Below, piece by piece: positions 1 to 9,660 of a stretch of 32,000 bases of DNA (the stretch's first letter is position 1; every line of letters starts with the position of its first letter). The stretch lies in NCBI GenBank assembly GCA_964565945.1, contig CAZMGY010000034.1, positions 14,856 through 46,855 on the forward strand, given 5' to 3'. A program made the position numbers and the translations under genes. The notes beneath the pieces were generated by a model, which ran no database searches, was not told where the DNA came from, and saw only the letters and a program-made list of their open reading frames with translations. The DNA is from an uncultured bacterium (GTDB lineage: Bacteria; GCA-001730085).

Positions 1-164
1 AGCAACAAGCGCAAGAGTTGGTTGACTTGATGTGGTGGATGATCCATGAAGGTCAAGAGTTAGCTGAGCCATTGCATTATGTTCCTTTGTCGGAAAGAGC
101 TCGTTCAAAAGCCATCGCTATTTTGCGTTCGATTACATATAACGGGACGCCATTGATGAATTAA
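1..164 (+). CDS. pstS: 3' end of phosphate-binding protein PstS (partial, enters from upstream of the window)
   Basis: Frame 3 is open from the window edge to TAA at 162-164 (..LMWWMIHEGQELAEPLHYVPLSERARSKAIAILRSITYNGTPLMN*). It lies directly upstream of pstC-pstA-pstB-phoU. It is absent from the ORF track because it has no start in the window. Confidence 0.6.
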   Translation, partial: QQAQELVDLMWWMIHEGQELAEPLHYVPLSERARSKAIAILRSITYNGTPLMN

Positions 165-218
165 GTTTAGTTAGTTGAAGTTGTGTGAAAGTAGATTAAC
201 AAGGGGCTTTAGGTAAAA

Positions 219-1097
219 ATGGGTATAGGTGGAGAGAGCCTTTTAAGACGATTTGTGTTTTTTTCGGGCGTATCCATTTTGATTGTTGTGAGTCTTTTTG
301 CGAGTACGCTGTTTTGGAAAGCTTTGCCCGCGATTCAAACTTTTGGCTTTCCCTTTTTGGGTGGCCAAGAGTGGGATCCCGTGATGGACTCCTTTGGTGC
401 TGCACCTTTCCTTGTGGGGACGCTCCTTACGTCTTTTTTAGCCCTTCTTATGGCAATTCCTCTTTCCTTGGCATTGGGTATTGTGCTTGGTGAGTATTTT
501 AGAGAGGGGATTATATCGCAATTCTTTCGTAGCTTGATTGAGTTGTTGGCGGGTATCCCTTCGGTGATTTATGGCTTTTGGGGCTTATTGGTTCTGGTAC
601 CATTGGTGCGAAGTATCGAAATCAAATTAGGCATTATGCCTTATGGTGTTGGTATTTTCACCTCGTCGATCATTTTGGCTGTGATGATCATTCCTTTTTC
701 AGCCTCCATGGCTCGCGAGATGATTAACTTAGTTCCGACGGAGTATAAAGAAGCTGCGATTGCTTTGGGTGCTACCCGTTTTGAAATGATTTGGAAGGTG
801 CTGCTTCCTTATGCACGTTCGGGTATCTTTGTGGGTTTTATGTTGGCTCTAGGTCGTGCCTTGGGCGAAACCATGGCTGTGACCATGCTGATTGGTAATA
901 ATAATAACTTTCCAAGCAGTATCTTTAGTCTGGGCAATACGATGTCGAGTTTGATTGCCAATGAGTTTGCCGAAGCTTCTGATGATTTGTATTTGTCGGC
1001 TTTGATTGAGATTGGTTTGATTTTATTTGTGGTAACCACTGTGATTAACATTGTTGGTAAGTACATTACGAAAAAGTTAAGTGTGAGGTCTGTCTGA
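219..1097 (+). CDS. pstC: phosphate ABC transporter permease PstC
   Basis: 292 aa polytopic membrane protein with an ABC permease EAA-type loop (EYKEAAIALGATRFEMIWKVLLP). First gene of a pstCAB-phoU order. Its stop overlaps the pstA ATG (TGATG at 1095-1099). Confidence 0.9.
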   Translation: MGIGGESLLRRFVFFSGVSILIVVSLFASTLFWKALPAIQTFGFPFLGGQEWDPVMDSFGAAPFLVGTLLTSFLALLMAIPLSLALGIVLGEYFREGIISQFFRSLIELLAGIPSVIYGFWGLLVLVPLVRSIEIKLGIMPYGVGIFTSSIILAVMIIPFSASMAREMINLVPTEYKEAAIALGATRFEMIWKVLLPYARSGIFVGFMLALGRALGETMAVTMLIGNNNNFPSSIFSLGNTMSSLIANEFAEASDDLYLSALIEIGLILFVVTTVINIVGKYITKKLSVRSV

Positions 1098-1945
1098 TGG
1101 ATCGTACTTTAGCTATTCGCAAAATCAAAAACCAGCTCTTTTTTGGTATTATTTTAGGTCTTTCCTTGTGTCTGCTGGTTCCATTGGTTTTGATTTTTTA
1201 TTATGTGACCGTGCGCGGTTTTAAGGCGATTAACTGGGGGTTTTTTATTAATCTGCCTACACCTGTTGGAGAGACGGGAGGAGGGATCTTTAATGCTATT
1301 TTAGGTTCGTTTTATATTGTTGCTATGGCATGTCTGATCGCTATTCCTTGGGGAATGAGTACTGGAATTTTTCTTTATGATGCTCAAGAAAATTCACGTT
1401 TGGCTTATTGGGTTCGCTTATGTGTTGATGTTTTGCAGGCGACACCTTCGATTGTGGTAGGAATTGTGGCGTATGTGTGGTTGGTGCTGCCGATGAAAAC
1501 TTTCTCGGCCATTGCGGGGAGTTTTACCCTAGCGATTTTGATGATGCCGATGATTGTGCGGGCGACGGAAGAAACCTTGCATTTGATTCCTAATACCTTA
1601 AAAGAAGCCTCTCTTGCTTTAGGTGTGCCTTATTATCGCACCTTATTTAAGGTGATGATTCCTTCGGGTCTCAGTGGTATTTTAAGTGGTATTTTGCTAG
1701 GGGTTGCACGAACCATGGGTGAGACAGCACCATTGTTGTTTACGGCTTTTGGCAGCCCTTATTTGGTGCATAATGTTCTTAAGCCTATGGGCTCTTTGCC
1801 TTTATTGATTTTTAATTACGCGATGAGTCCTTATGAAGATTGGCACACATTGGCGTGGGGTGCTTCGTTTATACTGATCCTGTTTGTTTTATTGATAAAT
1901 CTTTTGATAAAGGTAGTGACACGGCGATGGAACGTCAAGTTTTAA
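1097..1945 (+). CDS. pstA: phosphate ABC transporter permease PstA
   Basis: 282 aa membrane protein with a permease loop ([22 protein letters not shown]). Lies between pstC and pstB. Confidence 0.9.
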   Translation: MDRTLAIRKIKNQLFFGIILGLSLCLLVPLVLIFYYVTVRGFKAINWGFFINLPTPVGETGGGIFNAILGSFYIVAMACLIAIPWGMSTGIFLYDAQENSRLAYWVRLCVDVLQATPSIVVGIVAYVWLVLPMKTFSAIAGSFTLAILMMPMIVRATEETLHLIPNTLKEASLALGVPYYRTLFKVMIPSGLSGILSGILLGVARTMGETAPLLFTAFGSPYLVHNVLKPMGSLPLLIFNYAMSPYEDWHTLAWGASFILILFVLLINLLIKVVTRRWNVKF

Positions 1946-1948
1946 ATG
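1910..1948 (+). repeat. Copy A of an imperfect 39-bp direct repeat covering the pstA stop and a pstB-type start
   Basis: aaggtagtgacacggcgatggaacgtcaagttttaaatg. 31 of 39 positions match copy B, 96 nt downstream (hand alignment). Encodes [11 protein letters not shown] in the pstA frame and MERQVL in the pstB frame. Confidence 0.8.
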
Positions 1949-2005
1949 GTCCCCAAGTTGGGAGAATGGATTTAGATTCTTTGATGGCTAGTGAACCTCT
2001 TAAAC

Positions 2006-2044
2006 AAGGTAGCGAGGCGAAGATGGAACGTGAAGTTTTGAAAG
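2006..2044 (+). repeat. Copy B of the pstA/pstB junction repeat
   Basis: aaggtagcgaggcgaagatggaacgtgaagttttgaaag. In the pstA phase it still reads [11 protein letters not shown]-stop (a ghost pstA C-terminus). In the pstB phase it reads MEREVLKV. Confidence 0.8.
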
Positions 2045-2784
2045 TCAAAAATTTAAAGGCTTTTTTTGGAAATAATCAAATTCTCAATGGAATTGAGATG
2101 TCATTTTTCGAAAATAAAGCCACGGCTATTATGGGTCCTTCTGGCTGTGGAAAGACCACGTTGATTCGTTGTATTAATCGCATGCATGAACTGAATAGTA
2201 ATGCTAAAACAACTGGTGAAATCATTTTGCATGGTCAAAATACTTTGGAGATGGATACCATTTTGGTGCGTCGTAAAATAGGTATGGTTTTTCAGCGTCC
2301 CAATCCTTTTCCGACCATGAGCATTTATGAAAATGTGTTAGCTGGTTACATCTTGAATGGAATTAAGAAGTCCAAAGAGGATAAAGATCAAATTGTTCAA
2401 GAGGCTTTGGAGAAGGCAGCCTTGTGGAACGAAGTGAAGGATTCTTTGCATCATCGTAAGGGGACGTTTTTGTCGGGTGGACAGCAACAACGTTTGTGCA
2501 TTGCACGTTCTTTGGCAATGAAGACCGATATTTTGTTGCTAGATGAGCCTACGTCGGCTTTGGATCCACGTGCAACGGCAAGTATTGAAAATCTTATTGA
2601 AGAGCTTAAAAAAAGTGTGACGATCATTATCGTGACTCATAATATGAGTCAAGCTGCGCGTGTGACAGATTACACTGCGTTTTTGTACGAGGGTGATTTG
2701 ATTGAGTTTGGAGAAACTAAAAAAGTATTTACCGTGCCAAAGAACAAAATGACTGAAGAGTACTTGGCTGGTAAGTTTGGATAA
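2023..2784 (+). CDS. pstB: phosphate ABC transporter ATP-binding protein PstB
   Basis: Walker [10 protein letters not shown], signature [13 protein letters not shown], Walker [13 protein letters not shown]. Start trimmed to ATG 2023, which has GAGG 5 nt upstream and gives 253 aa, the usual PstB size. The track ORF starts at 1840 inside pstA. In-frame ATG 1927 is an alternative start. Confidence 0.9.
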   Translation: MEREVLKVKNLKAFFGNNQILNGIEMSFFENKATAIMGPSGCGKTTLIRCINRMHELNSNAKTTGEIILHGQNTLEMDTILVRRKIGMVFQRPNPFPTMSIYENVLAGYILNGIKKSKEDKDQIVQEALEKAALWNEVKDSLHHRKGTFLSGGQQQRLCIARSLAMKTDILLLDEPTSALDPRATASIENLIEELKKSVTIIIVTHNMSQAARVTDYTAFLYEGDLIEFGETKKVFTVPKNKMTEEYLAGKFG

Positions 2785-2791
2785 ATTTTGA

Positions 2792-3439
2792 ATGTTAAAT
2801 GAAAAAATCATACAACTGAAAAAAAGCTTTGTTGAATATTCTGATTTAGTTGAAGATACTCTGCAAAAAGTTCACAGCGGTGTATGTGAACGGAAATCCG
2901 ATGATTTGCGCGATGTGATTGAAAATGACGAGCCGCAAATTAATGATAAAGAGATCGAAATTGATGAATTGTGTATGAGTATGATTGCTCAGTTTCAACC
3001 TAAAGCCAAAAATTTGCGCACCATTGTGATGATCACCAAAATCAACAATGATCTCGAGCGTATTGGAGATCAAGCGGTTAACATTGCTCAGAGCGGTTTG
3101 TATTTGCTAAGCCACGAAATCTTTTTGATGATGGTTAATTTTTCCGATATTATTAATCAGGTGATTTCAATGTATCGCGACAGTATCCAAGCGTTCATTC
3201 AAGAGGACGCTGATTTGGCGAGGCAGGTTTTGGACAAAGATGCCGTTATCGATAGTTTTAATCGCAATGTTTATCATAAACTTAAAGGAGAAATGAAAGA
3301 AGATCCACAGGTGGTTTCTCCAGCTCTCCAAATCATGCGCATTGCGCGCAATCTTGAGCGTATTGCTGATCACGCCACTAACATTGCCGAAGACGTTGTT
3401 TATGTCGTCGAAGGCCGCGTTCTAAAACATGGTTATTAA
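2792..3439 (+). CDS. phoU: phosphate signalling regulator PhoU
   Basis: 215 aa with the two PhoU repeats, each ending in the conserved motif (NNDLERIGDQAVNIA and ARNLERIADHATNIAE). Lies immediately after pstB. Confidence 0.9.
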   Translation: MLNEKIIQLKKSFVEYSDLVEDTLQKVHSGVCERKSDDLRDVIENDEPQINDKEIEIDELCMSMIAQFQPKAKNLRTIVMITKINNDLERIGDQAVNIAQSGLYLLSHEIFLMMVNFSDIINQVISMYRDSIQAFIQEDADLARQVLDKDAVIDSFNRNVYHKLKGEMKEDPQVVSPALQIMRIARNLERIADHATNIAEDVVYVVEGRVLKHGY

Positions 3440-3531
3440 GGTCGGGATTATTTTTTCGTTACATTATTCCTTCTCGCAGTGAGATTTTTTATTATTTGTT
3501 TTTTTTTGTCATCCCGTGGATAACGCTCTTT

Positions 3532-4839
3532 TTAAATATCTCGAATGAGAGTGTTCGCTTTAATCGCTCCAGAGGCTTTTTGCCAGATTTTAAGGGTGGC
3601 TTGAATCGATGCGATTGATTCATGGATAGGAGTGGGTATGTCGTTGCGACCGTGCTGATTCAACTTAAAATAAACAGATGTGATGGTCAGTTTGGCTGGA
3701 TTTTGAGACACCACATAACCTTCGTAAGGATTGTCGGTGTGGTGAATTAGCTTGGTTTGCACAAGGCATTTTAAGCCATGTTGCAAAACGTCGTTGGGGA
3801 GTTGCAAAGCGTTCTCAAGTTGTTGGGAACTGACACTGCCGTGACCTTCTTCGAAGGCTTTGATTGTTTCTTGAAGGATACGAATAGCCACCACACTTTG
3901 TGTGTCGGTGCTAAGGCTTAACGATCCAGAAGATTGATAATCGAGTGTCCGAAAGTGCTGGAAGGTAAAAGCGATTTCGGCGCCGACGAAAACTAAGATC
4001 CAACTGAGTTGCAACCAAATCAAAAAGAAAGGAATGGCGGCAAAGCTACCATAAATAGCTCCATAGTGGCTGACAAGCACTTGCGCTTGAATGAAAAAAG
4101 TTTGGACCATTTGATAGCCGATGGCTGCAATAATGCCTCCATACAAGGCATGGCGAAAACGGATAGGGGTGTTTGGAATTGTGATGTAAAGCAAGGTGAG
4201 AATGAAGGACATGATCATGAAAGGAATGATTCGGGCCGCTATGGCAATAATATCTGTCAAGATTTGTGTGTTGGCTAAGGATCCTGTACTTTGGACGAGC
4301 TGTGTTTTAACCACGACGGTTAAGCTACTAGCCACAATCAATAGAAAGGGACCTATGAACATAAAGGCCAGGTAGTTAACATAGCGACGGGCAAAAGGAC
4401 GATTCTCTTGAATATGCCAGATATCTTGGAATGATTTTTCGATATTTTCGAAAATTCTCATGATGGTCCACAACAAAATAAAGACACCGATTCCAGCAAT
4501 TAGACCGCCTTTAACGTTATTGAGCATTGTGTGAGCAGAGTCCATTACCTTGCTGGCGAAGACTTTATGATCTTTGAGGTTATCTAAAATGACATTTTGC
4601 AGAAGGTTTTCGAAGCCAAATCCTTTGGCTACACCAAAGGCAAGGGCAAAAATAGGTACAATGGCCATAAGAGTGTAGTAGGTTAAGGCTGAGGCCCGCA
4701 TGTGGCATTTATCGTTGACAAACTCCTGAAAGGACCAGCAAATGATTTTGAAGGTTTTGTAGAGCCATTGCTGTTGCTTGGGAATATTCTGCAAGGGTTG
4801 GCGGACTTTTTGTAAAAAAGATTGCACACACTGAATCAT
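3532..4839 (-). CDS. YihY/BrkB-family inner-membrane protein with an extra C-terminal soluble domain of about 130 aa
   Basis: 435 aa. N-terminal hallmark RASALTYYTLMAIVPIFALAFG followed by multiple hydrophobic spans. The last 130 aa or so are hydrophilic and not part of the usual roughly 290-aa family core. Confidence 0.75.
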   Translation of the reverse strand: MIQCVQSFLQKVRQPLQNIPKQQQWLYKTFKIICWSFQEFVNDKCHMRASALTYYTLMAIVPIFALAFGVAKGFGFENLLQNVILDNLKDHKVFASKVMDSAHTMLNNVKGGLIAGIGVFILLWTIMRIFENIEKSFQDIWHIQENRPFARRYVNYLAFMFIGPFLLIVASSLTVVVKTQLVQSTGSLANTQILTDIIAIAARIIPFMIMSFILTLLYITIPNTPIRFRHALYGGIIAAIGYQMVQTFFIQAQVLVSHYGAIYGSFAAIPFFLIWLQLSWILVFVGAEIAFTFQHFRTLDYQSSGSLSLSTDTQSVVAIRILQETIKAFEEGHGSVSSQQLENALQLPNDVLQHGLKCLVQTKLIHHTDNPYEGYVVSQNPAKLTITSVYFKLNQHGRNDIPTPIHESIASIQATLKIWQKASGAIKANTLIRDI

Positions 4840-5038
4840 AATCCTAAGTGTAGCATATTTTTTTATAAATCGTCATGTGAGAGCCGTTGCATTGGTTATT
4901 GTAAGTTCAGATAAGTTAGGATCACGGGATATTCTTATTAGTCCATGGTCAAGCCAAGGGATGATAATTTAAAATGGTGGAGCTGTTTTGAAATAAAACA
5001 AAAACAATGCCACCCAAGGAATATGTCGATAAGCCTAT

Positions 5039-7417
5039 TTAAGCCACGGGGCTTGCAGAGAGAGCATTTTCGAAAACAAAATTAATTTTTCCTTCTTTAT
5101 TGAGCACTAAGCTCGTGGAAAAGGTTTTTCCTGATTTATTTTTAAATCCACTCATAGCAGAGGTTTGTTTTTTGGTGAGCAATGTTTTGGCAATCTCGGG
5201 AGTGATGGTTTTGCCGGCTATTTCTTTCCAGATGGCAAAGGTGCAACCTTTATCTTTCCAGTTTGAGCATCCGAAGGCTTTGGCTGTTTCCAGAATGTCG
5301 CTTTCGCACAGAGGGCATTGCCCTAGAACCTTTTTGGGAATGTTATCGAAATCAAATTGAACTTCAAAGTCGTTGTTCATCACAAGAGATGCATTGAATA
5401 AGGATCCTTTCTTACTTTTAAATCCTTTGATGGGACCCACCTTTTTATCTTTGAGCAACTTGTTGACTTGAGCATTGGAGAGACGTTTGCCAGCCACGAT
5501 TTTCCAAATTTTGAAGGAACAATCGTTTTCCCATTGCGAGCAACCATAAAATTTTTGTTTTTCTTCCATGGGATGATTACATTTAGGACATGATTCTAGT
5601 AAGTTTGGTAAAGAATCAATCACTTTTTTGACAATGTTGTGAATGAGTTCTTTGATTTCGTTCATAAATTGATCTCGTGAGTATTTGTTTTGTGCCATAT
5701 GGTTGAGTTTTTGTTCCCATTCGCCTGTGAGTTTGGGAGAGGTAAGCTCTTGTTCTTGGATCGATTCGATTAAATAAATACCTTTTTCGGTAGGAACAAG
5801 ATGATTTTTGTGTCGTTCGATATAGCCGACCTGAATCAGACGTTCGAGAATTTGAGCTCGTGTAGCAGGTGTGCCTAAACCGCAGTCCTTCATCGCTTGG
5901 CGTAGTTCATCATCTTCGATATTTTGGGAGGCGGTTTCCATAGCTGCAAGAATAGACGCTTCGTTATGAATGGTTGGTGGCTTGGTGGTCTTTTTTTCGA
6001 GGCTGAGTTTTTTTTGAAGAATAGCGTCGTTGACCTTAACATCGGGCAAGAGTGCTTCCTTTTCTTTGTTGGCTGAATCATTCATGTAGATGGCGCGCCA
6101 ACCAAGAGCAAGGATACTTGTGCCAGTACTTTTGAATACAAAGGTGCCAAATTGGGAAATAATTTCGGTTTGAGCTTTTTTGCAAACCAGCATAAAGACA
6201 GCCAGAAATCGTTTAAGAACAAGATAAAACAGTTTGGTCTCGTCGGGATTAAGGCGTTGCAAATTGGCTTTTTTCTCCGTCGGAATAATTGCATGGTGGT
6301 CGGTGATCTTTTTATCATCAACGATCCGCTTACTGAAGGAGAGGTTTTTCTGTAAAATCTCTTGGGCAAAAGAGCCTAATTGAGGATCTTGGGTTAAGTT
6401 TTGAATGCGAGATTTGATTTTAAGCTTAAGATCGCTTGACAAATAACGCGAGGATGTTCTTGGATAGGTGATTACTTTATGCGTTTCGTAGAGAGCTTGA
6501 GCCAGTTTGAGTGTTCGATCAGCCGAAAATTTAAAACGTTTATAAGCATCTTTTTGCAATTCGGTAAGGTCATACAGCAAGGGTTGTTTGTCTTGCCTAG
6601 ATTTTTTTTCGGCTTTGGTGATTGTGCCTTTGGGATGTTGGTGAATTTGCTCCATGGTGTTCTGAGCATCTTCTTCTTTAGAAAAACGATCTTGTTTTTT
6701 GTCGGGATCAAACCACAAGCCTTGAAACACGCCATTAGGGTGTTTGATGTGAGCTGTAATTTTAAAGTAATTTTCTGGCTCAAAATTCATATGTTTGTGA
6801 TAGCGATCGACAATCATTTTAAGAACGGGTGTTTGCACGCGCCCTACGCTCATGACACCATCTCCGCCCGAGAGACAAAGGGTGTAAGCGCGAGTAGCAT
6901 TTATGCCAATCAGCCAGTCGGCTTCGGAACGAGAGACTGCTGAATGATAGAGGGGGTCGTAGTTCTTGCCTTCTTTAAGATTATTAAACCCTTCTCGAAT
7001 GGCTTCGTCGGTTTGGGAGGAAATCCATAATCTTTTGATGGGTTTGTCGCATTGGGCTAGGTCGTAAATGTAACGAAAAATCAACTCTCCTTCGCGTCCA
7101 GCATCTGTGGCGCAGATAACTTCCGATGTTTTGTCTTGGTTAATCAGGCGCTCAATGATTTTGTATTGTTTTTGAACGCCTCCATCACCAGTGACCGACT
7201 TATGAAAATCTTCGGGAATGATGGGCAGTTGTTTGAGGTCCCACTTTTTGAAACTGCTACCATAGCTGTCGGGAGGATCTAGAGCCACAAGATGACCCAA
7301 CGCCCACGTGACAGCATAATCTTTGTTCGAAAAATAACCATTCTGTTTCGAAGAAATGTTAAGCACACGGGCAATATCACGAGCTACACTGGGTTTTTCT
7401 GCGATGATCACCTTCAT
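5039..7417 (-). CDS. topB: DNA topoisomerase III with two C-terminal zinc-ribbon/topoisomerase C-terminal repeat modules
   Basis: MKVIIAEKPSVARDIARVL.., ..TWALGHLV.., DAGREGELIF (Toprim), GVMSVGRVQTPVLKMIV, and the active-site region ITYPRTSSRYLS all parallel E. coli TopB. The C-terminus carries two CPxC...GC..W...C.F.IWK units. Start placed at the ATG giving MKVIIAEK; the track ORF extends to 7471, and 7429 is also possible. Confidence 0.85.
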   Translation of the reverse strand: MKVIIAEKPSVARDIARVLNISSKQNGYFSNKDYAVTWALGHLVALDPPDSYGSSFKKWDLKQLPIIPEDFHKSVTGDGGVQKQYKIIERLINQDKTSEVICATDAGREGELIFRYIYDLAQCDKPIKRLWISSQTDEAIREGFNNLKEGKNYDPLYHSAVSRSEADWLIGINATRAYTLCLSGGDGVMSVGRVQTPVLKMIVDRYHKHMNFEPENYFKITAHIKHPNGVFQGLWFDPDKKQDRFSKEEDAQNTMEQIHQHPKGTITKAEKKSRQDKQPLLYDLTELQKDAYKRFKFSADRTLKLAQALYETHKVITYPRTSSRYLSSDLKLKIKSRIQNLTQDPQLGSFAQEILQKNLSFSKRIVDDKKITDHHAIIPTEKKANLQRLNPDETKLFYLVLKRFLAVFMLVCKKAQTEIISQFGTFVFKSTGTSILALGWRAIYMNDSANKEKEALLPDVKVNDAILQKKLSLEKKTTKPPTIHNEASILAAMETASQNIEDDELRQAMKDCGLGTPATRAQILERLIQVGYIERHKNHLVPTEKGIYLIESIQEQELTSPKLTGEWEQKLNHMAQNKYSRDQFMNEIKELIHNIVKKVIDSLPNLLESCPKCNHPMEEKQKFYGCSQWENDCSFKIWKIVAGKRLSNAQVNKLLKDKKVGPIKGFKSKKGSLFNASLVMNNDFEVQFDFDNIPKKVLGQCPLCESDILETAKAFGCSNWKDKGCTFAIWKEIAGKTITPEIAKTLLTKKQTSAMSGFKNKSGKTFSTSLVLNKEGKINFVFENALSASPVA

Positions 7418-7484
7418 GGACTTTATCATATCATAAACTGTGGTAAAATATTTGCGTATGGGTCCAATCAAAAGGAGAAAAATA

Positions 7485-7727
7485 ATGCCTAATCTAGTGC
7501 TTTACGGTATGGAAAGTTGTATGTTTTGCCAAAAAGTTCGTCAATATCTTCAAGAAGAGGGGATTGAAGTGCCTGTGAAAGAGATTCAAGAAGATTCTGC
7601 GGCACGTGATGAATTGATGGCGATTGGGGGGAAGACCCAGGTGCCTTGTTTGGTGATTGATGGTGAACCTTTGTATGAGTCTTTGGATATCATTGAGTGG
7701 TTTAAAAATAATTGGAGTAGAGTATGA
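7485..7727 (+). CDS. small glutaredoxin/NrdH-like thioredoxin-fold protein (CMFC active site)
   Basis: 80 aa, MPNLVLYGMESCMFCQKV..GGKTQVPCLVIDGEPL. AGGAG lies 7-8 nt upstream of ATG 7485; the track start at 7440 has no SD. Its stop overlaps the bolA start (ATGA at 7724-7727). Confidence 0.75.
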   Translation: MPNLVLYGMESCMFCQKVRQYLQEEGIEVPVKEIQEDSAARDELMAIGGKTQVPCLVIDGEPLYESLDIIEWFKNNWSRV

Positions 7728-7957
7728 TTGACAAAATTAAGGCAATTATTCTGGATGCGATTCCTGATGCGGTAGTTGAGGTGAGTGATCCTCGTAATGA
7801 TGGGCACCACTTTGAAGCAAGGGTAATCAGTTCATTGTTTGAAGATATGTCCTTGGTGAAGCAGCACCAGATGGTTATGAAGGCTTTAAAAAATGCGTTT
7901 GATTCGGAAACGATGCATGCTTTGCAGCTCAAAACATTAACACCTAAGGATGTTTAG
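7724..7957 (+). CDS. bolA: BolA-family protein
   Basis: 77 aa. The DGHHFEARVISSLFEDMSLVKQHQMVMKAL pattern is typical of BolA. Adjacent to a monothiol glutaredoxin. Confidence 0.8.
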   Translation: MIDKIKAIILDAIPDAVVEVSDPRNDGHHFEARVISSLFEDMSLVKQHQMVMKALKNAFDSETMHALQLKTLTPKDV

Positions 7958-8032
7958 GATAGAGTTCCTTAGGTAGCTCTCCCTTTGAAAAATGGAGAGG
8001 AGATTAATTGAAATATAAGGAGTATTTGAAAA

Positions 8033-8347
8033 ATGAACAAATCAGTGAAACAACAAATTGAGAAAAATATTCAAGACCACCCCATTATGCTTTTCATGAA
8101 GGGAACACCGCCCTTTTCTACGTGCGGTTTTTCGAGTGCTGTGATTGATGTTTTGAATTCCTACGATGTTAAATTTGGCTCAGTCAATGTTCTCGATAAT
8201 AAAGATTTGCGCCAAGGAATCAAAGATTTCTCGGATTGGCCCACGATTCCTCAGCTTTACGTGAAAGGTGAGTTTATTGGCGGTTGCGATATTGTCTTGG
8301 AGATGCATCAGAAAGGAGAGCTGGAAGCTCTTTTGAAAAATGCCTAA
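8033..8347 (+). CDS. grxD: Grx4-type monothiol glutaredoxin
   Basis: 104 aa with the CGFS active site (PPFSTCGFSSAV) and WPTIPQLYVKGEFIGGCDI. AAGGAG lies 10 nt upstream. Confidence 0.9.
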   Translation: MNKSVKQQIEKNIQDHPIMLFMKGTPPFSTCGFSSAVIDVLNSYDVKFGSVNVLDNKDLRQGIKDFSDWPTIPQLYVKGEFIGGCDIVLEMHQKGELEALLKNA

Positions 8348-9107
8348 AACGCTCATCTCTTGGAATGTGAATGGCTTACGAGCGGTGATGAAAAAAGGTT
8401 TCTTGGATTGGTTGCACGATACCGATGCCGATGTGGTGAGCTTGCAAGAAACCAAGCTTCAGCTGGATCAAGTACCTGAAGAGATTTTGAAACACTCTCA
8501 ATATCGGTCCTATTGGCATTCGGCCGAGAAAAAAGGTTATAGTGGTGTAGCGACTTTGTCCAAATACGAACCTTTATCTGTGACCGAAATGGGAATTGAT
8601 GAGTTTGATCAGGAGGGTCGCTTTCAGGCCCTTGAGTATGATTCTTTTGTCTTGATTAATGCTTATTTTCCCAATAGCCAGGCTGAGCGTGCACGATTGA
8701 AGTATAAGCTTGCCTTTTGCGATGCTTTGTATGAGAAGGCCGAGGAATGGAAAAGTAAAGGCAAGGGCGTTGTTATTTGTGGGGATTACAATATTGCTCA
8801 TCAGCCAATCGATTTGAAACGGCCTAAGCAAAATGAGGATAATCCTGGTTATTACATTGAGGAGTGCGAATGGATGACGTCGTTTTTGCAGAAAGGCTAT
8901 GTTGACTTCTTTCGTGAACAGCATCTTGATGAGCCGGATCATTACAGTTGGTGGTCCTATCGTGCGCAGGCCAGAAGTCGAAATGTGGGTTGGAGGATCG
9001 ATTACCATTGTGTTAATCAAGAGTTTATGGATCATGTGGATGAGGCGCGCATTTGCCCCGAGGTGATGGGATCGGATCATTGCCCAGTGATGCTAACATT
9101 GAAGTGA
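8340..9107 (+). CDS. xth: exodeoxyribonuclease III (AP endonuclease)
   Basis: 255 aa. [22 protein letters not shown], and the C-terminal SDHCPV motifs of the ExoIII/APE1 family. Its start overlaps the grxD stop by 8 nt. Confidence 0.9.
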   Translation: MPKTLISWNVNGLRAVMKKGFLDWLHDTDADVVSLQETKLQLDQVPEEILKHSQYRSYWHSAEKKGYSGVATLSKYEPLSVTEMGIDEFDQEGRFQALEYDSFVLINAYFPNSQAERARLKYKLAFCDALYEKAEEWKSKGKGVVICGDYNIAHQPIDLKRPKQNEDNPGYYIEECEWMTSFLQKGYVDFFREQHLDEPDHYSWWSYRAQARSRNVGWRIDYHCVNQEFMDHVDEARICPEVMGSDHCPVMLTLK

Positions 9108-9120
9108 TAAGAAAACTAAA

Positions 9121-9657
9121 ATGATTCTTTCGGATGCAACGATACAAGAGATGATTAAGAGCCAAGAATTGATTGTTAAGCCCTTGGATGAACATTCGAT
9201 TCAACCTGCTTCGATCGATTGTCGCTTAGGGACGCACTTTTTAAGCTTGGATGACAATCGTATGGATGTGATTTCTCTTCGATCCGACATTATTTATCGA
9301 GAGTTTGAAGAAAAAGCGGTGACCATTCCACCGCATTCTTTTTTGCTAGCGACAACTATGGAATATATCGAACTTCCTGATCATGTGACGGCTTTTGTTG
9401 AAGGACGCAGCTCGATAGGGCGTATTGGATTATTTATCCAAAATGCTGGTTGGGTTGACCCAGGCTTTAAGGGTCGTATCACCTTAGAGTTGTACAATGC
9501 CAATTCTTTGCCGATCCGCTTGGAAGCTGGACGACGTATTTGTCAGTTAGTTTTTTGCAAAATGGATCGTACCGCTCAAGTTCCTTATCACGGAAAATAC
9601 CAAGGCCAAGAAAAAACTGTGGGAAGTCGCATTTTTTCTGATGCCGATATCGGTTGA
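9121..9657 (+). CDS. dcd: dCTP deaminase
   Basis: 178 aa. MILSD..I.., [24 protein letters not shown] and ITLEL motifs of the Dcd/dUTPase trimeric family. Confidence 0.85.
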   Translation: MILSDATIQEMIKSQELIVKPLDEHSIQPASIDCRLGTHFLSLDDNRMDVISLRSDIIYREFEEKAVTIPPHSFLLATTMEYIELPDHVTAFVEGRSSIGRIGLFIQNAGWVDPGFKGRITLELYNANSLPIRLEAGRRICQLVFCKMDRTAQVPYHGKYQGQEKTVGSRIFSDADIG

Positions 9658-9660
9658 TTT

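Noticed and set aside
196-405. Minus-strand 69-aa ORF overlapping the pstC start
   Set aside because: It is antisense to a well-supported permease gene, has a low-complexity basic sequence, and has no start context.
1840-2022. 5' extension of the pstB track ORF (start 1840)
   Set aside because: It overlaps the last 35 codons of pstA. The extension has no PstB similarity. ATG 2023 has a proper SD and gives the canonical length.
7418-7484. 5' extensions of topB (to 7471) and of the glutaredoxin-like ORF (from 7440)
   Set aside because: The extensions overlap each other on opposite strands, have no SD, and add residues absent from the family N-termini (MKVIIAEKPS.. and MPNLVLYG..).
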